Origin: a virus
IMG/VR virus record: IMGVR_UViG_3300025759_000064
Location: 1-64,000 of that record
Strand: one strand, 5' to 3'
DNA: 64,000 nt
Part shown: positions 15,001-21,309 of the stretch, one piece after another
Layout: each line of letters begins with the position of its first letter
Numbering within the stretch: position 1 is the stretch's first letter
Translations under genes and position numbers: made by a program
Notes under the pieces: generated by a model
Told to the model about the DNA's origin: nothing
Seen by the model: only the letters and a program-made list of their open reading frames with translations
Database searches by the model: none

Positions 15001-15205
15001 TTGTTAGATACTTATTGAAAATACCTGATGTTGCTACACTGTCACGTGTAGATAATGGCGCATTCTCAGATAGGATAACTCGCACATCGTCAGTCCCTCT
15101 TGTGGTTCTGTGTCCTAATTCGCTAAAGTCACCTTCGGGCACTATGATACTGTCAGTAATACCATTGAAAAAGAAACCATGAGTCTTACGGCTAATTACT
15201 GTCAA
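1..15205 (-). CDS. Giant virion protein (>=5,068 aa, truncated at the left edge): N-terminal LamG/concanavalin-like domain; putative tail fibre/adhesin/baseplate component
   Basis: TTG start at 15205 after a GGGGGA RBS, directly downstream of the 378-aa gene. The same frame reads as protein wherever sampled, down to position 2 (...SVASQYYLIDWWGNERGE). It is missing from the ORF track, as expected for a frame with no stop in the window. LamG hallmarks: LTIEAWV...HVIATV...IELYINGELV...YIGG...FRGTMEGIHL...LLLYRFEE. Confidence 0.85.
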   Translation of the reverse strand, partial: MTVISRKTHGFFFNGITDSIIVPEGDFSELGHRTTRGTDDVRVILSENAPLSTRDSVATSGIFNKYLTIEAWVMPDCGGTIIEKEGQYKLSLGNIDTPGPATFEVFMEGRGIEERYYLTTATLATDRYEGTVYPHIEYQGLQDSYNRFVSSRDDATELNKNHRPLIHVIATVRTTAIELYINGELVVRQSIKDRDLALKPSTKQTYIGGKGGKFRGTMEGIHLNASFKTSMIEGNSPLSDSDTLLLYRFEEPIAPIEDVFTYSAHTSSSGLSVLTMTKTDAQLLASKLTGNTVTTGTIDFTSSPYSSGNYEVLDSSSGSTVVRSISHVPYNILVNPDGITPSTSKPNQKPPERLRLHSINNLENTNPTLTVSSIHLDFINTSNSNNGLIGVLNTSRSANVDNHFVVVGADLLIDSGTSKPYQPPHYTSQIIDRTGQMIIDESDFENHGFVYSSAIATTTSDANNPFAVVWPTTLSEDFQIGHSGRHIKNHVEGHTFLRMLPKAIDEIIDQQGNGNADIVDVMYSDMHKGIEKQVTVNSLVDVYRDFSDVVIDNVVSSSTVSVAFNSYNGTSSPPAGKRKLIAIGGPDFDYTPFALKGPIPQYNKYDANNDETHHDSNIRDYHVTPSKESRVAILHVPRLTDLTPSLSPFVEIHYNAIDLTGASMSGTVQPLLMVEKTVPSSDTLVSGAEYIYDSIIHAIGSGMTLHAPGGYIDVYASDLGIDSPVVQEHGLVGDTSEGYSADTEVDETLTPANYTPRNNADSIQNGTPQAIIESVSTSGLHNSAFNRLYLNKIDQTKTLTDKGSYSRLAPDVVLDSGSAGQFDTGTVSSSSPIHETYDIIDNHILADTNNADFRIFIQPTDRRRSMQLANVNLSTRFNRATILYLMSRAKVRSIEESEGNEGGYTTLSCIGVGDSLVSRSIDFTGKGSPDSHIVKEIEPNAPVVTVTLGGPGQGAMDTRPVFQRSMLAHEAYSTRRSYAVSVTRLNVPTGASSVGDTVGTLYVKPLNNESEDLASWGTYGFTRYGRVYFVDGSNARYSSKTGNTFVFTLQSVGSGYYIGSDGTEYTTVQNLLRANGMMEGHSSVGVDIYANFTIYNEPNFGEESKLENGTTVNDRMHQSMSDVQHDYQLGTQYASTRAVAEIPFFSKQFFAPSVGPDNAFKIHVDATHTAHTYNPSPVGRRFIDTEPADREAHSAYSIALAKREYVNSTFITEYRRVSNTDKRLYVNDPNVFPESHTDVDEYKGFANDVYRYRKVWLANGKWAFYTNAPATDKYLALADDDMTYGHSEGFFEDLAAGQPVYLGGVGFEEGNTPMASDEITPSSDFENRDEYYYDTASVKTQGGNVDYGLRQYVSAVEFKAGPESNPHAAQIQSRRASGTSLSTKTVSLSGEDKAVIVTLSPEDFAKFPDLGYDTPPPSAVGDLGYEVQYDDNGTIHKFQYHGHIKTLTGATITAVPKNSIVLVYNTSTGFTPNKYSTGVIKKNITTGGTTSAFDVEGVDATTVFSVGSNLYDDGGVIVGVVTAVTATTITIGAGTARTVSDDENLQTDGLPEGAKIILARKCRSILGTAITAEVADGSQYYRELKNSLNITDVTITANGSTSSTITIDGASGKNVNDLHGMNVKKDDTLYYWEDTGTDKIRRIGLVSSIGSADANGTQTVTLTATGPIIPSNAKLAVWTGDYEDKDAVLNATWLNPYAQGGLRNGDTVWANMSYNNPHAVEGLFAKSRGVLNESQVWNAFDNGAGELDTTNPRDSIPLENFLIGNTCLETARNYVQHVNRTVEENYLALGLTSAQAPVVAYIDPYLSTDEHARVLLYNVAHDKEFIAFQDIHMQVQTSSQATQIGWPKEVVESGNSRRSELHKVNAAYNGAGPSPWTTQIDVTNGFLSQNPYIRSTQQSKFIESAYAHDLANRHTSDLIDSSTIASLATALPTDGRKIEGARLYGKAHGHHIHTGYSYGGTTSGFRIGYSLTPRTDDSVVLHKRANAKHSFTRIPNDNANSFVKKLIEHREATNDCSLRDPSTFFDTPDGTRVIPAFLCLKGIRSSSLDLTSHTESRLQHLPQWKDMDFVRRLTLDLGEISQKDGVVDTLSATEEAVRLINQHAALNGRLLTGSAHDPSPFWNVDNGDKGTHMGYIRAHIGREVQDLNGDTGYTIVIHSTVPGASGRNFCVWLDNSKGQSVYQPQFLVGHGGRWRNFWALPDEREGENMHPAPMPLNKHGRPFAPITTLQQYVTSVESGEEIESVAEFEDSSVLRAVSDSISGKSHNTINTESLDIKGSSSSLVKGLRVGKKAISRINFGGLVASGVPGFAPDVGTWGFGKIGETKFNNRYGAFNAQGTAHTGSDYSSHVPTSNIISDNIGNGQLYGFRFKDNLGVENGIRYIYRKIGESFANSNTTLPSTIEDEVCVFFDDRDVGQGGFTIGKHMHGVGDATGRLDTDASGVTKTLQYWKGARWRGVSAPNAVMHVSAVEDTSAGTLAITFDNSPYQGGGTPYSTAFSGKGDLLGYLGFPKKNGIIQITDYDAAADVGITVSYASRDHDTFYGCTGLVTLPDDVLIASVLNWTTLVTDELIAAVTAAAINAGNEINTEEGHVFDCREMYTTDGRTFGEWGVKDDAIRIRAYNTQSPIIPLNQSYSSVVKRDYGIHASHLEFGEVRRVDRVTNGEWDFDTSTSTGHGTRPVTNTNIDASQGIDCGYIPYTLLEITTVSRGPNSNTASPNLVDSTNTPIDTSTWNEGLKGIQFTRSSGDHILPMIDNPVVHFGSSQSNWTTEVTVSAAREVDPFLIPSGATASNVILPVGERATIWLGDYPIEAESKTGTDPRQELSWLTADAGDDFPQSMAKANILQRHNNKEFDGLRSLGSVFSEPIVYFRGGKSSKDHSVPLFFGGGFSGVTLDVNDGTQNDYSTFYTHPYSTGPTGVTGLQNANEISTSYAMLDGNAMFAFFPGAALCNQHRGSITPPAFNQQNILAPDLSKGGVTYSAGEIKAKPVPLVLRFAHPTARYEDHVDTSVENKTTYLIFGPGQAFPFTQEVADADSGNAANTKEPFPGRVIVSGSTWASIPLDESIANSRHVFPNHIVNEKYNFMPPSKVYYDATAGFHWRAMVNWESPAGYCWKGKFSQRPEHGRHYGQQFNDSTPHDVTGTAQIGYDLTHIHPKMHTPTIGFGITMAADTVWHMDGGFHPGGSWLDNQITFNPPHAGKSAARVLSSNWERANQIHPTAFRTSGVLTGRILDYIGNGSEAVATADAKMEYIVVDATRCQNGEELATVLGAAINAFPGAGALKSLGGTHMPSMGNAMRQDRYGWIPLAGTSTYVNNSATGNYIDSPSSGSQITLEQLPTSGWIRLHQGTNTRFACYHSREVLADSSDWKVRFYLAPNRLNGLNKLEAPETWEVLKDGSGSFSEAISSSYTLYVWSKAGTMRFNNENVSARDHMTQVHFSGIVDAVDRTKPIGAIGWHGERYSYLNSLKITKNTSGTGYAAGLGAYHEMLNFSPYGTAGTVMNVHSNIPVVAPMQGSPESTPTIDGIGNALGTHLVKSGFYSKLDLTSGSSAGLGWDTYTYNFNDTDEAGNANQWVAPTNYTTTLPKELTTPQGLYSSAFLVVSYECESSLIAKYDRDGITANGDWLQVIGQGSNPITYAGTTQWDERFHGQDRFIAPANAGPNVEALIVEDTTVPVGTPSNGNWADTLFSGGSGSYFYSTTPTDLKLQNATPGLNKTGDLLFDLDHSVGSALLHTDDAERNTSADKYAAAHSSGFPINYWMGDVNALQMYQDSAAKNFSVENIVWKRMDGGNLSMPAINARGLGAVPWMTRVKSNTAYQTGEKIYGNVRFSFETTNSAMMPILQAQELAHPELMRKHPYKIGNVLNIPNEEIQFQSITVRDETGQVHKIEGGSPLGTIIRGFRIPENRGVKGNAPALANSGKIPNLKVQLPDPNSIPGNIVVRSGFDPIQAYQHETIGTGGMIHPDMGESHIGHLFDNSVASPRQAPTYENHNWERINPVTFDSELGAWNDNSPLQTSYELHDRTLFFHVTKMGHTHTHRYPTVYTHEGGVETDIVSVDAWDSSTNVLTVDATLDPQVFDAGFGTKEDTRKFLRVYNPTTDEGAVCTYAGQDTNNDGVPDNVTITVVGDVNFATFMAGQTVTNLKVVPSYYIPAGSNRFFAARRLRDHAEVSGNSPDMANTLYYVSGQTIGYDAYSKPVLTPMPFPRMGHHFVTPTMPMLPGHWAHPAYQSLYRRHLIDYQMTNGFVDSSLVADNTTSTNKKAAVATAIGTGGITENIHAMDAEINFSGVNAAPSPPSDIHGGAFTLMFESGVKYDGYGVLASSDGTSTTLAATVNKAGGHSIVLEAASEYTQGRHFPDPAEVGAYQIVIQPNVFHNQLVGYHNNSGAALTSQQINTVIGIKMDSDGNVDRTKGGMTLVLAKATQADVRGCEVFINEAILDISNDQGSQFTNIPPLMLYNHVGVQLTESPAFTRKGFPYSTMFSDATPAHTLHIPWWSILHKNAIKHNGSAVSEATNYRKLSQYSPEDYYMFMRSTFGSIGSQLTINGYTSLYFDIYDKYNKSISLNPKCTVVSFNTSGTIVVDNANTFPMYPYYKQEVQYTGKNGTIYSKELTSVSGDTAATINIPKTLTLGAKSGADGFWDNIYDNAILTLTHSYNTLPAGEILTNKRKSVFANILPDIINGNQDTYSNHVPDAFLCMWHPNLGRPNTYFSDNTSRSWKGNAVNKAAYNSLPEHFETIHYHDFTHAMSTGPFDFLIKRPNVSKTGEVISNSNTHDAGGTNLMLSGYWPCGSRGGPHTSKLDLYGMASTSWNVHNTSTSANFASNSNLEWVDDIFSDNTCDYNNDPTITMDNTGLLVVGMMVVGTGIPTGATISSITNSTTFELSASTTGGAVTNGLLTFSSGISTGAMDQYRRRPYGHRNAVRQAYNRPRYDINSVRAIYEADASSAAGTNTLNYDAGPLVQTEAYSNAWSDGSSNASKPTTYVGIMERQTNLTGMLNQDQEGWQVRYSDGRRMTRPFGTPVRTIRNPTRTERDWWGDEEGKGITSLSVASQYYLIDWWGNERGE

Positions 15206-15224
15206 TTGTCTTCCCCCAAGTTAT

Positions 15225-16361
15225 CTAAGATAGAATCAAATTATCTATCGGTGCGAATATCATATTAAAATTATAAACCGATTCTCCAGCATCGTATGTG
15301 ATATCAAACTTTTGCACTGACCCTTGTATACCAGTAGTTTCTTCTTTCATAGAAAAATCTACACTGGCTGGTAAATTATTTCCTTCCGATGTTTTGTCTA
15401 GTCCATCGTAGTTACCAGTAGGCATGAAAAAGTTTCTTGCAACGTATTGGTCGCCACCAGTTGCTTTCAAAGTAGAATTATACGGTATCTGTATACCAAC
15501 AATGTAATCTTTAAGTTCTTGCGCTCTACCGTTTCTTAACAGTGAATTGTTAATAAAATCGCTCACTCGACCTCTTCTCTTACTGTTGTTGATTATACCG
15601 TATAAATCCATAGTTTTGTCACCAGCAGATTTCTTTCCACCGTCTGACCCTCCGGCAAACTTAGTAACCGACGGTTCTTGTGCTGGTTTTACACCATGGG
15701 TGAAGTCAGGCGTGCTTATGCCCATGCCGCTATTTTTACCTAAACTAGTCATTGCAATGTTTACTATACAATTAAGCGATTCATTATTGTAGTTCACGCC
15801 CTCTTGTAATGTAGCAGTGAAGTCAGAAGAGTATTGTGCGTTTATGTAATCTCTGACAGCAGTTGCCAGTTGTACAGAAGTAGCATTACTTGCATTTACT
15901 AAAATAGTCGGTGTACCCCCTGTTCCGGCATTAGCATCATATTGAGTCGTATCGCTTGTGTTACCACCATCGGTTCTAGAAGCAACGTTTGTAAAACGAA
16001 TCTGTTTTTCATCAGCGCTTACTGCTGTATCAAAAGTCTGTAATTTTATAACACCAGTATGGGTATATAATTTTTCTAGATTTTTTGTTGTGGTGAATTG
16101 AAGGCCACTTTTTGTAGTACCAAAATTAATCGTACCACTGTATGCTGTACTCTTTGTGCCTTCTCTATCATCTGCAATAATACCTTGAATATTTATCATG
16201 GCTTTGTTTATGTTTAAGTCCATACCTACACGCTTACTACCAGTAAAAGGTAAAGCCATTCCACCCACTTTTCTAGAAGTAGAAAGAACCATAGTAGTAG
16301 CATCTAATTCGATGGTGTTACCGTTTTCTTGTATTAGTCTAATCGGAATGCCCCCAGCCAT
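15225..16361 (-). CDS. Putative distal tail/baseplate hub protein (378 aa)
   Basis: Directly follows the tape measure gene. N- and C-terminal beta-rich segments (INIQGII...; GSVQKFDITYDAGESVYNFNMIF) flank an inserted domain. Confidence 0.55.
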   Translation of the reverse strand: MAGGIPIRLIQENGNTIELDATTMVLSTSRKVGGMALPFTGSKRVGMDLNINKAMINIQGIIADDREGTKSTAYSGTINFGTTKSGLQFTTTKNLEKLYTHTGVIKLQTFDTAVSADEKQIRFTNVASRTDGGNTSDTTQYDANAGTGGTPTILVNASNATSVQLATAVRDYINAQYSSDFTATLQEGVNYNNESLNCIVNIAMTSLGKNSGMGISTPDFTHGVKPAQEPSVTKFAGGSDGGKKSAGDKTMDLYGIINNSKRRGRVSDFINNSLLRNGRAQELKDYIVGIQIPYNSTLKATGGDQYVARNFFMPTGNYDGLDKTSEGNNLPASVDFSMKEETTGIQGSVQKFDITYDAGESVYNFNMIFAPIDNLILS

Positions 16362-16365
16362 TCAA

Positions 16366-17211
16366 TCACCTACCTCTTCCTACACCACCGATGCTGCGTG
16401 ACATTTCTTGTTGCACTAAGTCGCTGATTTCTCTAGCCAATTCTCTTTTATCAGTACGGTCAGTAAGTCCACTTAGATTGAATGTCATATTGAAAGTGTG
16501 CCCTCCACCGCCACTAGGTGAATCTCCACCTCCACCGCCACCAGTGACAGCGTTTATGGCACTGCTTCCTAAATCTTTGACTCCACCAACTACTGATTTG
16601 CCAAAATTAAATATTCCCTTAAGAGCGCCACCAATTGCATCGAACATTCTACCTAATGTTTTATCGTATACAGTTTGCATTACACTTGCAACGGTATTCC
16701 AAGCACTGCTTATTGTATCAAATACACCTAACGCTGCTGTTTTTAGTCTATCAAATGGTTTTCCAATAATGGCTTCAAATGTAGCACTCATTCCATTAAA
16801 AATTAATGTACCAATAGTTCTGATTCCGTTAAAGGCTAAGGTAGCACCTGCTTTTAATCCCGACCATAGTTTACCAAAAGTACCATTCCATATAGTTTTG
16901 ACATTATCTAGGGCTTTACCCCACTCACCTTTGAATATGTTAACCCAAAACATCATTGCCTCTTTCATTAAGTTCCATATTGGTACAACGGTAGCGTTCC
17001 ATATCGTTACTATTGCATTTGTTAAAGGCTCAAAGGCTTCTTTAATTCCATCAAATACTTTTCTCGCTACTTTACCAGCAGCCCTGAATGCTTTACCGAG
17101 TGCCTTACCTATACTGCTGGCTACACTACCGAGTGTACTCATTGTACTACCTATGCCGCTAAGACTACTAGATACACTGGCTAAAGAATTGAGTAATGCT
17201 CCTAATGCCAT
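16366..17211 (-). CDS. Tape measure protein (short, 281 aa)
   Basis: Ala/Gly-rich amphipathic helices with W/F periodicity near 11 residues (IWNATVVPIWN, IWNGTFGKLWS). TMP-like C-terminus (TFNMTFNLSG...RELAREI). Lies right after the chaperone pair. Confidence 0.75.
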   Translation of the reverse strand: MALGALLNSLASVSSSLSGIGSTMSTLGSVASSIGKALGKAFRAAGKVARKVFDGIKEAFEPLTNAIVTIWNATVVPIWNLMKEAMMFWVNIFKGEWGKALDNVKTIWNGTFGKLWSGLKAGATLAFNGIRTIGTLIFNGMSATFEAIIGKPFDRLKTAALGVFDTISSAWNTVASVMQTVYDKTLGRMFDAIGGALKGIFNFGKSVVGGVKDLGSSAINAVTGGGGGGDSPSGGGGHTFNMTFNLSGLTDRTDKRELAREISDLVQQEMSRSIGGVGRGR

Positions 17212-17212
17212 A

Positions 17213-17506
17213 CTAATCTTCTCCTTCTAAAAATGAATAATCGAAATCTACCACGTCTGTGCTTTCTGTACTATTTTCTAGGTTTTGTTTTCTCTCTGCA
17301 ATACGCTCTTCTTCATTAATAGCAAGCGCCCAAGATAGGGATTGTTTGAATATCGCCTCGCTCATCTGATAAACCTCATGTAGTGATATGTTGTAATGTT
17401 TCGCCACGATGTATGCGAACAACTGCATCTGCATCTCTAAATCGCTAGGGTTTTTAATTACCTTTTTCTTTAGAAATTGCCGAACTCTCAGTTGTTCGCT
17501 TTCGTA
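17213..17506 (-). CDS. Tail assembly chaperone frameshift extension (lambda gpT equivalent)
   Basis: The -1 frame is open from the slippery site (YESEQLRVRQFLKKK...) into the listed 73-aa ORF 17213..17434. Confidence 0.75.
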   Translation of the reverse strand, partial: YESEQLRVRQFLKKKVIKNPSDLEMQMQLFAYIVAKHYNISLHEVYQMSEAIFKQSLSWALAINEEERIAERKQNLENSTESTDVVDFDYSFLEGED

Positions 17507-17850
17507 AAACCCCCTTGCATTGCCTCCGCCAGTTCATCGGGCTTTGGTAATAGAGAGGCTATTTGTTGACCGACATATGCATTTAGGTTCATCATGTCGT
17601 CTACGGTAAGGTCGGGGTTCGTTCTTACGACCCAGTTTGAAAATGCGTAACGCCAGTATCCTTCAAGATTCAGCGATATATCATCACCATCCATCTGAAA
17701 CATACTTTGTGCGGCTTGTTGTACATCAAAGAAAGTTAATTCTCTAATCCATACTTCCATCATTAAATCAGGATTTTCTTTGTCTACACGGATTTCGTGT
17801 CGCTGTTCATTCTTCTTCGCCAGTAAGTTCTGTTTGTCTACTATCGTCAT
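17488..17850 (-). CDS. Tail assembly chaperone (lambda gpG equivalent, 120 aa)
   Basis: Sits between tail tube and tape measure genes and ends in an in-frame slippery heptamer. Confidence 0.75.
   Translation of the reverse strand: MTIVDKQNLLAKKNEQRHEIRVDKENPDLMMEVWIRELTFFDVQQAAQSMFQMDGDDISLNLEGYWRYAFSNWVVRTNPDLTVDDMMNLNAYVGQQIASLLPKPDELAEAMQGGFTKANN
17506..17512 (-). other. -1 programmed ribosomal frameshift site G GGT TTT
   Basis: Codons caa ggG GGT TTT acg fit the X XXY YYZ pattern. A -1 shift joins the downstream ORF. Confidence 0.8.
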
Positions 17851-18556
17851 CTGTTGTCACTTCCTCGGTTGCAGCCTCTTGCGAGGGGGCATCCGGTGTT
17901 ACATTAGCAGACTCTTGCGAATGGGCTTCTGTTACACCTTGTGTCGGTTGCTCGACAATACCTGCGTCATCGTGTCGTAGCCTTAACACTACCTCAGATT
18001 TAGTACCGCGAATAGTGATTCCGCGTGCTTTACATTCTTTTTGGAGTTCTCTTACGGTGAAAGAGTTGTAATCAATTTCCCCACCAAACGGATTATCAAC
18101 TTCGGGGACTATCATCATTTCTTCATCATCTTTAGTATTATTTTTGACAGGTCTTTCAATAACAATTCCCACTGTATCTTCGATAGCGTTTTCAACAACT
18201 TCAACAACTTCTTCCACCTTCTCTTGTATCTCTTCTACCACGTCTTCTACTACTTCGCTTATTGCGCCCCTAGCAGCCTCTACCCATGAAGGTTCTTCTT
18301 CCTCTATTTTCTCGATAATTGTTTCAACAGGCGTGTCTTCTATCTCTCTAGCAATCGGCTCAAACACAGTTTCTTCGGTAATTGTCTTACCTTCGTTAAT
18401 CATTCTTAGAACCATAGAGTCTACTACGTTTCTAGAATTAGTTTTGAACAACTCTTCGTTGTACGGTATATCGACACTATTGATTAACCAATAAACATAC
18501 TTTTCGTGAGAATTACGAGAGTAGAATTGAACTCTTTTTACAGCAGTTGGTAACAC
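17807..18556 (-). CDS. Acidic protein with SAP domain (249 aa)
   Basis: DYNSFTVRELQKECKARGITIRGTKSEVVLRL matches the SAP consensus and is flanked by Glu-rich low-complexity sequence. Confidence 0.75.
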   Translation of the reverse strand: MLPTAVKRVQFYSRNSHEKYVYWLINSVDIPYNEELFKTNSRNVVDSMVLRMINEGKTITEETVFEPIAREIEDTPVETIIEKIEEEEPSWVEAARGAISEVVEDVVEEIQEKVEEVVEVVENAIEDTVGIVIERPVKNNTKDDEEMMIVPEVDNPFGGEIDYNSFTVRELQKECKARGITIRGTKSEVVLRLRHDDAGIVEQPTQGVTEAHSQESANVTPDAPSQEAATEEVTTDDDSRQTELTGEEE

Positions 18557-18565
18557 TATTTCACC

Positions 18566-20845
18566 TCAAGCATGTATGACTGTATCGACAGCAATAACCT
18601 TGACTGATTTAGGTAGAATCTTTAGTTTAGCCATTAGTGGTCCTTTATCCTCAGGCACAGGCAATGGTGCTTCGACAATGTAGTAGTCATCCATTAGTAT
18701 GTCAATAGATTCTGCCGTACCACTAGATACTTGTTTTGTAAATGACAAGCGTATCATGTCTGAATCAGTTTGTTCAGTCTCATCTGTATCATCAAAGTTT
18801 TCCACTGCTCTACGCATATTGTGGTAGAACAATGGGTCGTCTACGATTATCTCCATCTCAAGGTCATACTCTGTTTTACCCTCTACTGCTAGTGTAGGGT
18901 TACGAGTGCCAGCAAATGGAACTTGGTCAGTAGCACTGTTTGCTATATTAGCCGCACCAATAGTATAATACTGCTCTACACCAGTCTTACCGTTTAACGT
19001 GAATGAAACAACTTGACCCAGTGTTGTTCCTAACATAGATATAGAACCGTTGTAAAACATAAACGGTTTCTGTGTACCTTTGCCTATACCCGATATTTTT
19101 CTTTTCACTTCTGTATTAGCAGTATCTTCAAAGAGTCTGTGCGTATTGTATCTATCTCCCTTGTTACTTGCTTCTAATCTACCAGTATCTGTATAACATA
19201 ATGCTGAGTCAAAGTTTGCTGTCAATCTTAGAGCAGCGTCTGTGTCTGTGGTTAGTGAGAAATCTTTAACTTTACAGCCTCTAAAGACCCGTGTTAGTTG
19301 TTTTGAATCTCCTGTACCACCATCGGTAGTACCATCGTTACTGTCTATGTCTCTTCTTCTAACACTGACTTCCATAGCAAAAGAAGGCACAGTTGTACGA
19401 GAAAAGAAAAGATGGTTAACTGGATTAGTTAAAGCACCAGTTGTAGTATCTCTATGAGGACTACCATTGCTACTATCTGTTGCATATCTAGCAAACTCTA
19501 CTACTGTATTATCTTCATACGAAAATTGTAAAGGGTCGTCTAACCAAACTTTACCAGCACCACCAGTTACAGTAATGGCTACTATTCTTCTTGCTTCTTC
19601 TTTCATAGCCTTATCAATTATCTGTGTAGCATTTACATTCGGCCATGCAGAAATATCTCTTGGGTCAAAAGTTAGAGTGCCATTAGTTACGCTACCGCCT
19701 GTGGTGGATGCACTCAATTCAAAAGTAGTAGAGTTAGTTATACTAGATACTGTCGCACCACTAGGAATACCTGTACCGGACACAGACATACCAACAATTA
19801 ACTTAGCAGTACTATCCATTGTAATAGTTGGGTCATTGTTGTAGTCACAAGTAGCGTCTGTAAATACTTCTGCATTTACATTTGTATCTCTGTAACTCTG
19901 CACATCTACTTTGTCAACACCTTCTGTATTGTCGCCACCGAGTAAGAAAACATAGTCACCTACACCTATATCTGTTCCATCGATTGCTGGATTAGTGCTA
20001 CCACTACTATCAAATGCTATGTAAGAATCTCCTGAATAAACAGCAGAAGATAAAGAAAATGTATCACTAGCATGACCATCTTGTCTCACAGTCGCCGCAT
20101 TTACAACTTCGTGCCCTAGACAATAATAGAACCATCTGCCATTATGTATGTTACACTCAAATGAGCCACCAACATTAGTAAATCTACCCGGCACTTGAAC
20201 TGCTACATCTCTACCAAGCCCAACAACATGGTATCTCTTGAGGTCTACTTTAGTCTCAGGAAGTGCAACAGTGCTTACCAGTCCAACGAATTGGTCAGTC
20301 AATACACTCTCGGCAGATGCGTTTGCAGCATCAGCATGTTCCATACCTACATCAATTGCGGGTGTAGTAAAAGGTAAGATAGTCATTACGTCATTAGCCT
20401 TAGATGCTTGGTCTGCTGCTGTGTGATTTGTCTTTAATGCAGGTGTTACCGTAATCTCAGTTTTACCATCATTGTCATTATTAGCGTCATTACAAACTTC
20501 TTGTTTGATTATAGTATACATTCTACCCGATACTGCATAATCATCTTGTGTGTCCCAATTAGGACTAGAAGATGCTATTGTGAATATAACTTTGCTACCG
20601 ACTAACATACCATTTGGATATTCTAATATTCCAGCGTTTACAGGGGTATTAGCGCTACCACCACTTAATACGATTACACTAGTGTCTTTTACTAAATCTT
20701 GGTGCGGTGCGTTAGCGGCATTAGCCCCAGTATCAAAAGATGCTGTGAATGTAAAAGCGCTTGCGTATCCGTGTTCTAATCTCACTCCAGTTTCGTGTCC
20801 GAATGTAATCTCGGACAAATCACCCTTGTATACTGTCGATGGCAT
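18566..20845 (-). CDS. Major tail tube protein with inserted beta domains (759 aa)
   Basis: Tube-like segments (YKGDLSEITFGHE; GGSFECNIH; PSFAMEV; RVFRGCKVKDFSL; PFMFYNGSI; VVSFTL) are interrupted by Thr/Gly/Ser-rich inserts. Lies after the terminator-like gene. Confidence 0.7.
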   Translation of the reverse strand: MPSTVYKGDLSEITFGHETGVRLEHGYASAFTFTASFDTGANAANAPHQDLVKDTSVIVLSGGSANTPVNAGILEYPNGMLVGSKVIFTIASSSPNWDTQDDYAVSGRMYTIIKQEVCNDANNDNDGKTEITVTPALKTNHTAADQASKANDVMTILPFTTPAIDVGMEHADAANASAESVLTDQFVGLVSTVALPETKVDLKRYHVVGLGRDVAVQVPGRFTNVGGSFECNIHNGRWFYYCLGHEVVNAATVRQDGHASDTFSLSSAVYSGDSYIAFDSSGSTNPAIDGTDIGVGDYVFLLGGDNTEGVDKVDVQSYRDTNVNAEVFTDATCDYNNDPTITMDSTAKLIVGMSVSGTGIPSGATVSSITNSTTFELSASTTGGSVTNGTLTFDPRDISAWPNVNATQIIDKAMKEEARRIVAITVTGGAGKVWLDDPLQFSYEDNTVVEFARYATDSSNGSPHRDTTTGALTNPVNHLFFSRTTVPSFAMEVSVRRRDIDSNDGTTDGGTGDSKQLTRVFRGCKVKDFSLTTDTDAALRLTANFDSALCYTDTGRLEASNKGDRYNTHRLFEDTANTEVKRKISGIGKGTQKPFMFYNGSISMLGTTLGQVVSFTLNGKTGVEQYYTIGAANIANSATDQVPFAGTRNPTLAVEGKTEYDLEMEIIVDDPLFYHNMRRAVENFDDTDETEQTDSDMIRLSFTKQVSSGTAESIDILMDDYYIVEAPLPVPEDKGPLMAKLKILPKSVKVIAVDTVIHA

Positions 20846-20859
20846 GGCTCTCTCTCACC

Positions 20860-21309
20860 TCATGGGATTAACTCTGCAAAGATAACAACTTCTATCTGAA
20901 AGGTCATTCTATACAGTTTTTTGCTTCTATCTGATAAATCGGTACGTGTTTTGTACACAAGTCTATCGAAATTGACACCATCACCTTTTCTTTTAAGATG
21001 TACGCATCTTCTTAATTCGTTCTCCATCTTTTTTAGTTGGTCTCTACTTCTCGTAGTACGCATATCTACTGTGATGTTGATACGTGTAGTGACGAAATCA
21101 TACAGCATTTCAGGTAACTCTTCGTTATGTGCCGTTTCAAAGACCATTACATAATCCGTTCTATCAAGGTCAAGTCTCTTTCCACGCTCAGGTGTTTCAT
21201 CTGCTACATCAATAATAACGGGTTTGAAATTATTAGTATTGGCTCTATTCCAATTATTCTTTAGTACACCTAGTACTACATCAATACCTTCATCGAATGT
21301 TGCTACCAT
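20860..21309 (-). CDS. Putative tail terminator/completion protein (149 aa)
   Basis: Size, position upstream of the tube gene, and alternating strand/helix pattern (RINITVDMRT...YRMTFQIEV). Confidence 0.55.
   Translation of the reverse strand: MVATFDEGIDVVLGVLKNNWNRANTNNFKPVIIDVADETPERGKRLDLDRTDYVMVFETAHNEELPEMLYDFVTTRINITVDMRTTRSRDQLKKMENELRRCVHLKRKGDGVNFDRLVYKTRTDLSDRSKKLYRMTFQIEVVIFAELIP

Noticed and set aside
1-15205. Stop-codon reassignment explaining the apparent coding gap
   Set aside because: The gap is explained by an edge-truncated ORF in the standard code; TAA, TAG and TGA all serve as stops elsewhere.
497-19865. Diversity-generating retroelement TR/VR pair for the duplicated module
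   Set aside because: Differences are mostly synonymous and not adenine-specific, and no reverse transcriptase is present in the window.
18566-20845. Contractile tail sheath (suggested by size)
   Set aside because: Sequence segments fit a tube protein enlarged by insertions, and no separate tube or baseplate wedge genes are seen.
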